Source: Bacteroidota bacterium (GTDB lineage: Bacteria; Bacteroidota; Bacteroidia; UKL13-3). From it: DNA of 37,847 bases. The DNA lies in contig CANFSD010000002.1 of NCBI GenBank assembly GCA_947449515.1, positions 1 to 37,847 of the forward strand, given 5' to 3'. This document shows, piece after piece, positions 33,112-37,847 of this stretch. The notes under the pieces were generated by a model, which was not told the origin of the DNA, made no database searches, and saw only the letters and a list, made by a program, of their open reading frames with translations. The stretch's first letter is position 1. Every line of letters begins with the position of its first letter. Made by a program: the position numbers and the translations under genes.

Positions 33112-33173
33112 CATAATTTATACCTATAGCTACTATCAGGTGTTTACATACCCTTCAAAAAACAAGCTCAAAT

Positions 33174-35993
33174 ATGCCAAAAGACAGCAGTATTAAATCG
33201 GTTCTTATTATAGGTAGTGGCCCAATTATTATTGGTCAAGCCTGCGAATTTGATTACAGTGGTAGCCAAGCTGCACGCTCCCTAAAGGAAGAGGGTATCA
33301 AAGTTATTTTAATTAATAGCAACCCTGCAACTATTATGACTGATCCTGTTACCGCAGATCATGTTTACTTGTTGCCACTTAATCCTGCCTCTATTGAGCA
33401 AATACTCACAGAACACCAAGTGGATGCAGTTCTGCCTACAATGGGTGGTCAAACCGCCCTTAACCTTGCCATTGAATGCGATGAAATGGGACTTTGGAAA
33501 AAGTACAATGTGCGCATGATTGGTGTTGATATTGCCGCTATTGATACAACTGAAAACAGAGAAAAATTCCGTCAAAAAATGATTGATATTGGCGTCCCAG
33601 TTGCCGATTCAAAAGTGGCAAACTCTTTCCTTGAAGGAAAAGAAATTGCACAAAATATTGGGTTCCCATTGGTTATTCGTCCTTCTTATACCCTAGGAGG
33701 AACAGGTGGCGGATTTGTTTGGGTGAAGGAAGAGTTAGATGCTGCCTTGCAGCGTGGTTTGGCTGCTTCTCCTACCCACGAAGTATTAGTTGAAAAAGCT
33801 GTTTTTGGTTGGAAAGAATACGAATTAGAATTATTGCGTGATAAAAATGACAGCGTAGCAATTATTTGTACCATTGAAAATTTTGATCCAATGGGAATTC
33901 ATACAGGTGATTCAATTACCGTAGCGCCTGCAATGACACTCAGTGATACCGTTTTTCAAAGAATGCGTACCATGGCTATCCTAATGATGCGCTCAATTGG
34001 AAACTTTGCAGGAGGTTGTAATGTGCAGTTTGCTGTTAATCCAGAAGATGAGGCAATTATTTCTGTTGAGATTAACCCACGCGTATCACGCTCATCGGCA
34101 CTTGCCAGCAAAGCTACAGGTTATCCAATTGCAAAAATTGCTGCCAAATTAGCCATCGGTTATAACCTAGATGAACTTAAAAATCCTGTTACAAAAACAA
34201 CCTCAGCATACTTTGAACCAGCTTTGGATTATGTGATTGTGAAAATTCCTCGTTGGAACTTTGACAAGTTTAAGGGTGCTAATAAAACGCTTGGACTTCA
34301 AATGAAATCTGTTGGGGAAGTAATGGGTATTGGACGAACCTTTATTGAGGCCTTGCAAAAAGCCACCCAAAGTTTAGAAATTAAAAGAAACGGTTTGGGT
34401 GCTGATGGCTTCCAACAGCGTAAACTTGAGGATATTGTTGAAAAATTAAAGAACCCAAGTTGGGATCGCCTATTTGCAGTAAAAGATGCCCTTAGTCTTG
34501 GTATGCCAATCTCTAGCGTAGAGAAAATTACCAGAATAGACCGTTGGTTCCTAACGCAAATAAATGATATGGTTCGCCTCGAAAGCGATACCAAACGTTT
34601 TAACCTCGACAATTTACCTAAAGAGATAATGCTTGAACTCAAGCAAAAAGGTTACAGTGACATCCAAATTGCCTACTTAATAGGTGGCGATACTACCGAA
34701 GACCAAGTTTGGGATCTAAGAAAACAAATGGGCATCCATAGAATCTATAAAATGGTAGATACATGTGCAGCCGAATTCCCTTCGCCAACCAATTATTTTT
34801 ACTCAAGTTTTGATGGTGAAAATGAAAGCGTTGTGAGCGATAGAAAAAAAGTGATTGTGCTGGGTTCTGGTCCGAACCGAATAGGACAAGGTATTGAATT
34901 TGATTATAGCTGTGTGCATGGTTTATTGGCCGCCAAAGAATCTGGTTTTGAAGCAATCATGATCAATTGTAATCCTGAAACGGTTAGTACGGATTTTGAT
35001 ATGGCTGATAAGCTTTATTTTGAACCCGTATTCTGGGAAGCCATTCGTGAAATAGTAGAATTGGAAAAACCTGTTGGGGTAATTGTTCAATTAGGTGGTC
35101 AAACAGCACTAAAATTGGCAAGAAAGCTTGAACACTTAGGAATAAAAATCATTGGTACAAGCTTTGCAGATATGGATATTTCCGAAGACAGGGGTTTGTT
35201 CTCTGACCTATTAAAAGAACTTGATATTCCTTATCCAAATTATGGTGTAGCAGAAGATGCTGAGGAAGCCATCGTTGTAGCACACAAGGTTGGTTACCCT
35301 GTTTTGGTTCGACCTAGCTATGTATTGGGTGGCCAGGGGATGAAAATTGTAATAAACGACGAAGACCTTGAACAAGCAGTTATTGACTTATTAGGCGACT
35401 TGCCAGGTAACCGTGTATTAATTGACCATTTCCTAGACAGGGCAGAAGAAGCAGAAATTGACCTCATCTGCGATGGGGAAGATGCCCACGTGATTGGAAT
35501 GATGGAGCATATTGAACCTGCAGGTATTCACAGCGGTGATAGTTCTGCTGTTTTACCTCCATTTAGCTTGAGCCAAAACGTGCAAGACCTCATGGAAAAG
35601 TATGCCAGAAACCTTGCCATTAAAATGAATATTAGCGGCTTGTTAAATATCCAATTCGCTATCAAGGACGAGAAAGTATATGTAATTGAGGCAAATCCAA
35701 GGGCGAGTAGAACAGTTCCTTTTATTGCAAAAGCATACCAAATCCCCTACATCAATATAGCAACCAAAATTATGTTGGGTGTAAATAAATTGAGCGACTT
35801 TACTTTCGAAAGAAAATTAGTTGGATATGCCATTAAAGAACCCGTGTTCTCTTTTGAAAAATTCCCAGATGTAAATAAAGAATTAGGTCCAGAAATGAAA
35901 TCTACAGGAGAAGCAATCAGATTTATTAAAGACTTGCAAGATCCTCACTTTAGGGTGCTCTACAAAGAAAAGAGTATGTACCTAAGTAAATAA
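33174..35993 (+). CDS. carB: Carbamoyl-phosphate synthase large subunit (short form ending right after the second synthetase domain)
   Basis: 939 aa. It contains two ATP-grasp CPSase halves: SVLIIGSGPIIIGQACEFDYSGSQA...VIRPSYTLGGTGGG...NPRVSRSSALASKATGYPIAK, and VIVLGSGPNRIGQGIEFDYSCVH...LVRPSYVLGGQGM...ANPRASRTVPFIAKA. Both have the GPEMKSTGE / LQMKSVGEVMGIGRTF motifs. Confidence 0.95.
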   Translation: MPKDSSIKSVLIIGSGPIIIGQACEFDYSGSQAARSLKEEGIKVILINSNPATIMTDPVTADHVYLLPLNPASIEQILTEHQVDAVLPTMGGQTALNLAIECDEMGLWKKYNVRMIGVDIAAIDTTENREKFRQKMIDIGVPVADSKVANSFLEGKEIAQNIGFPLVIRPSYTLGGTGGGFVWVKEELDAALQRGLAASPTHEVLVEKAVFGWKEYELELLRDKNDSVAIICTIENFDPMGIHTGDSITVAPAMTLSDTVFQRMRTMAILMMRSIGNFAGGCNVQFAVNPEDEAIISVEINPRVSRSSALASKATGYPIAKIAAKLAIGYNLDELKNPVTKTTSAYFEPALDYVIVKIPRWNFDKFKGANKTLGLQMKSVGEVMGIGRTFIEALQKATQSLEIKRNGLGADGFQQRKLEDIVEKLKNPSWDRLFAVKDALSLGMPISSVEKITRIDRWFLTQINDMVRLESDTKRFNLDNLPKEIMLELKQKGYSDIQIAYLIGGDTTEDQVWDLRKQMGIHRIYKMVDTCAAEFPSPTNYFYSSFDGENESVVSDRKKVIVLGSGPNRIGQGIEFDYSCVHGLLAAKESGFEAIMINCNPETVSTDFDMADKLYFEPVFWEAIREIVELEKPVGVIVQLGGQTALKLARKLEHLGIKIIGTSFADMDISEDRGLFSDLLKELDIPYPNYGVAEDAEEAIVVAHKVGYPVLVRPSYVLGGQGMKIVINDEDLEQAVIDLLGDLPGNRVLIDHFLDRAEEAEIDLICDGEDAHVIGMMEHIEPAGIHSGDSSAVLPPFSLSQNVQDLMEKYARNLAIKMNISGLLNIQFAIKDEKVYVIEANPRASRTVPFIAKAYQIPYINIATKIMLGVNKLSDFTFERKLVGYAIKEPVFSFEKFPDVNKELGPEMKSTGEAIRFIKDLQDPHFRVLYKEKSMYLSK

Positions 35994-36032
35994 AAAAAAG
36001 AGCCATTTGATTTCAAATGGCTCTTTTTTTTG
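35994..36032. terminator. Bidirectional intrinsic terminator between convergent carB and the GtrA-like gene
   Basis: Perfect 12-bp stem agagccatttga / tcaaatggctct with an A-run on the left and a T-run on the right. It starts immediately after the carB stop. Confidence 0.8.
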
Positions 36033-36049
36033 AATAGGTTTTATGAAAA

Positions 36050-36568
36050 TTATTCGAAAATCTTTGTTGGTTCTGGAACCCTAAAAACCAATTTATTGGT
36101 GCCAAAGAAATTCAAAAATATATTGATAAATATGGCTAAAATATTGGATACCAATGGCCCATTATTTTCGAGGTAACTAGCTAAAAAACAAAAATTTAAC
36201 TCGCTAGCAATTTGTGAAAACCAAAGATTTGGATGTACAATATGGTCAAAAACAACATTCACCAACAAATACACCAAAAAGGTAATTGCGTATACCAAAA
36301 TATATTTCAAGAGGTATTTCTCATCCTCCTCTGTTTGGTCTATATAGGTCCAGAACTTATTGAGCGTAAATCCTACAAAGAAACCCATCACATAACCAAT
36401 TGCTTTTGATAATAAATTGAGTGCTGGATATTGCAAAGAAATAAGCCAAAAAACACCCAAGCTTACTGCAGCACTTGTGGCGCCCACTATCCCAAATTTA
36501 ATAAATTTTCTTGCGGTGGGAAATTGCCGCAACCACATTCTGAGTTTTTGTATTTGATGTAATACCAT
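36050..36568 (-). CDS. GtrA-family integral membrane protein
   Basis: 172 aa with four TM helices. Motifs: KFIKFGIVGATSAAVSLGVFWL and GFFVGFTLNKFWTY, both typical of GtrA-like proteins, plus the C-terminal FGTNKLVFR. Confidence 0.75.
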   Translation of the reverse strand: MVLHQIQKLRMWLRQFPTARKFIKFGIVGATSAAVSLGVFWLISLQYPALNLLSKAIGYVMGFFVGFTLNKFWTYIDQTEEDEKYLLKYILVYAITFLVYLLVNVVFDHIVHPNLWFSQIASELNFCFLASYLENNGPLVSNILAIFINIFLNFFGTNKLVFRVPEPTKIFE

Positions 36569-36629
36569 CTGTTTTCAAAAATAAATAAAACTATGGTCTA
36601 ATTTCCTTTTCAAAAAAAATAAGGATAAA

Positions 36630-37343
36630 TTAACTTCTACGGTTGAGGTAACCATTATCGGCAAAACTAAAAAAACTCTTGTTGCCAATAATTAAATGGT
36701 CGCACACGTCAATGTCAAGTAATTTGCCTGCCTCGTATAGTTTTTTTGTTAAATCAATGTCTTGCTGGCTAGGCGTCAAATTGCCTGAAGGGTGATTGTG
36801 GCAAAGGATGATGCCACTTGCCAAATGGTTAAGTGCTGCATTGAATATTATTTTTGGATCTACAACAGTACCAGAAACCCCACCTACACTGATGCGCTTT
36901 TTGGCAATGAACATGTTGTTTCTGTTTAGCAACATTATCCAAAATTCTTCATGCTGGTAATCCTCTAAAATATGATCAAAATACATGTATGCCTCTATAC
37001 TGTTTGTAATTTTGACAATTTTTTTTGCTTCCTCTGCTCTTCTCCTTCGGCCTAATTCTAGGGCAGCGTTCAATACAATTGCCTTTACTTGTCCCAGGCC
37101 CTTGATGCAGGCAATATCAGACAAACTCATTCGGCTCAATTCGCTGAGGTTATTATTACAGTGAGATAATAACTGTTGGGCCAATTGCAATGCAGAGGCA
37201 TTTTTATGCCCATTTCCAATAATTATTGCCAAAAGTTCTGCAATATTTAGGGCATTAGCACCCAACGCCTTTAGTTTTTCTCGCGGCCTTTCATCCTCTG
37301 CCAATAATTTAATACTTAATGTGGGGTAGTGGTTTTGTTCCAT
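36630..37343 (-). CDS. radC: RadC-family JAB/MPN-domain protein (UPF0758)
   Basis: 237 aa. The N-terminal region reads DERPREKLKALGANALNIAELLAIIIGNG, followed by a helix-hairpin-helix (IKGLGQVKA). The C-terminal JAMM motif is HNHPSGNLTPSQQD. Confidence 0.9.
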   Translation of the reverse strand: MEQNHYPTLSIKLLAEDERPREKLKALGANALNIAELLAIIIGNGHKNASALQLAQQLLSHCNNNLSELSRMSLSDIACIKGLGQVKAIVLNAALELGRRRRAEEAKKIVKITNSIEAYMYFDHILEDYQHEEFWIMLLNRNNMFIAKKRISVGGVSGTVVDPKIIFNAALNHLASGIILCHNHPSGNLTPSQQDIDLTKKLYEAGKLLDIDVCDHLIIGNKSFFSFADNGYLNRRS

Positions 37344-37426
37344 GTGTCAAAATTACTTGGAACCTAATGGCCTTGCAAGGGAGATGAAAAACTAAATCCG
37401 GTAATTGGGATGTTGAAAAATGAGCA

Positions 37427-37457
37427 TAAAAAAAGCCCAGGCTATTAGGCCTAGGCT
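37427..37457 (-). terminator. Intrinsic terminator after rpsT
   Basis: The minus-strand RNA reads AGCCUAGGC-cuaaua-GCCUGGGCU (one G-U pair), followed by U7 (plus-strand A-run 37427..37433). It begins 22 nt past the rpsT stop. Confidence 0.7.
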
Positions 37458-37478
37458 TTTCAATATAATTCTTAAAGA

Positions 37479-37802
37479 TTATTTTTTCTTAGAAGTAGCT
37501 TTCTTAACTACTTTTTTAGGAGCTGCCTTTTTAACAGCAACAACTTCAGTTCCAACTTTATTTACAACTTTAGCCAATTTAGATTTTTGATTAGCAGCTT
37601 TATTTTTGTGAATAATGCTACGTTTAGCCAATTTGTCCAACATAGAACTTACTTCAACTAACAAAGCAGCCGCTTCACTTTTCACAGTGGATTCGCGAAG
37701 GCGCTTAGCCAATGTACGAGTAGTTTTTGCTTGGTAACGATTACGTAAACGCTTAGTTGCGTTGTTTCTGATTCTCTTTTTTGCTGAACTATGATTTGCC
37801 AT
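37479..37802 (-). CDS. rpsT: 30S ribosomal protein S20 (with Lys/Ala-rich C-terminal tail)
   Basis: 107 aa. MANHSSAKKRIRNNATKRLRNRYQAKTTRT...LDKLAKRSIIHKNKAANQKSKLAK is the canonical S20 sequence pattern. The tail VAVKKAAPKKVVKKATSKKK is an extension. Confidence 0.95.
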   Translation of the reverse strand: MANHSSAKKRIRNNATKRLRNRYQAKTTRTLAKRLRESTVKSEAAALLVEVSSMLDKLAKRSIIHKNKAANQKSKLAKVVNKVGTEVVAVKKAAPKKVVKKATSKKK

Positions 37803-37847
37803 TTTCTAAATACTTATCTGTTTAATAATTCCTCTTATTGTCCTTAA

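Noticed and set aside
37479-37550. Lys/Ala-rich C-terminal extension of ribosomal protein S20
   Set aside because: Basic tails on small ribosomal proteins are common lineage-specific decorations. Nothing in the sequence suggests a separate function.
1-37847. Search for mobile elements, integrases, toxin-antitoxin pairs, restriction-modification, CRISPR-Cas, retron/DGR reverse transcriptases or other defence-type systems
   Set aside because: No ORF in any frame shows transposase DDE, tyrosine or serine recombinase, reverse-transcriptase YxDD, Cas, methyltransferase or nuclease-NTPase defence signatures. The accessory character of the window is limited to the T9SS adhesin genes.

Overview
AT-rich chromosomal window with the hallmarks of a Bacteroidota genome: type IX secretion (T9SS) C-terminal sorting domains, SprB-type repeats, TonB-dependent receptors and TAnnTTTG-like promoter boxes. 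The left 18 kb is all on the minus strand. It holds a partial MFS transporter, a TPR-containing hybrid sensor kinase/response regulator, and three very large T9SS-sorted surface proteins. These are a 2575-aa beta-helix giant and two tandem paralogues (1067 aa and about 1145 aa), together about 14.4 kb of coding sequence. The right 20 kb is mostly housekeeping or conserved genes: an MsbA-like ABC exporter, two amidohydrolase-family genes, rhomboid protease, EEP-family phosphoesterase, a CarboxypepD_reg-type outer-membrane beta-barrel, a TPP riboswitch with terminator controlling a TonB-dependent receptor, a small TPR protein, carB, GtrA-like protein, RadC/JAB protein and rpsT. I found no rRNA, tRNA, CRISPR array, transposase, integrase or phage genes. 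Four observations deserve follow-up. (1) An unassigned, Cys-bracketed module of about 185 aa occurs twice in each tandem paralogue (four copies), bracketing the SprB-repeat stalk and followed by Asp/His-rich tracts. (2) A GC-rich, tetraloop-rich, terminator-ended leader of about 160 nt lies upstream of only one paralogue. The ORF track reads it as an N-terminal extension. (3) An unusually long 733-bp non-coding gap upstream of carB carries three copies of the motif TGCGACATT. (4) An orphan TPP-riboswitch/TonB-receptor unit. All functional calls come from reading motifs in the translations. No database search was possible.
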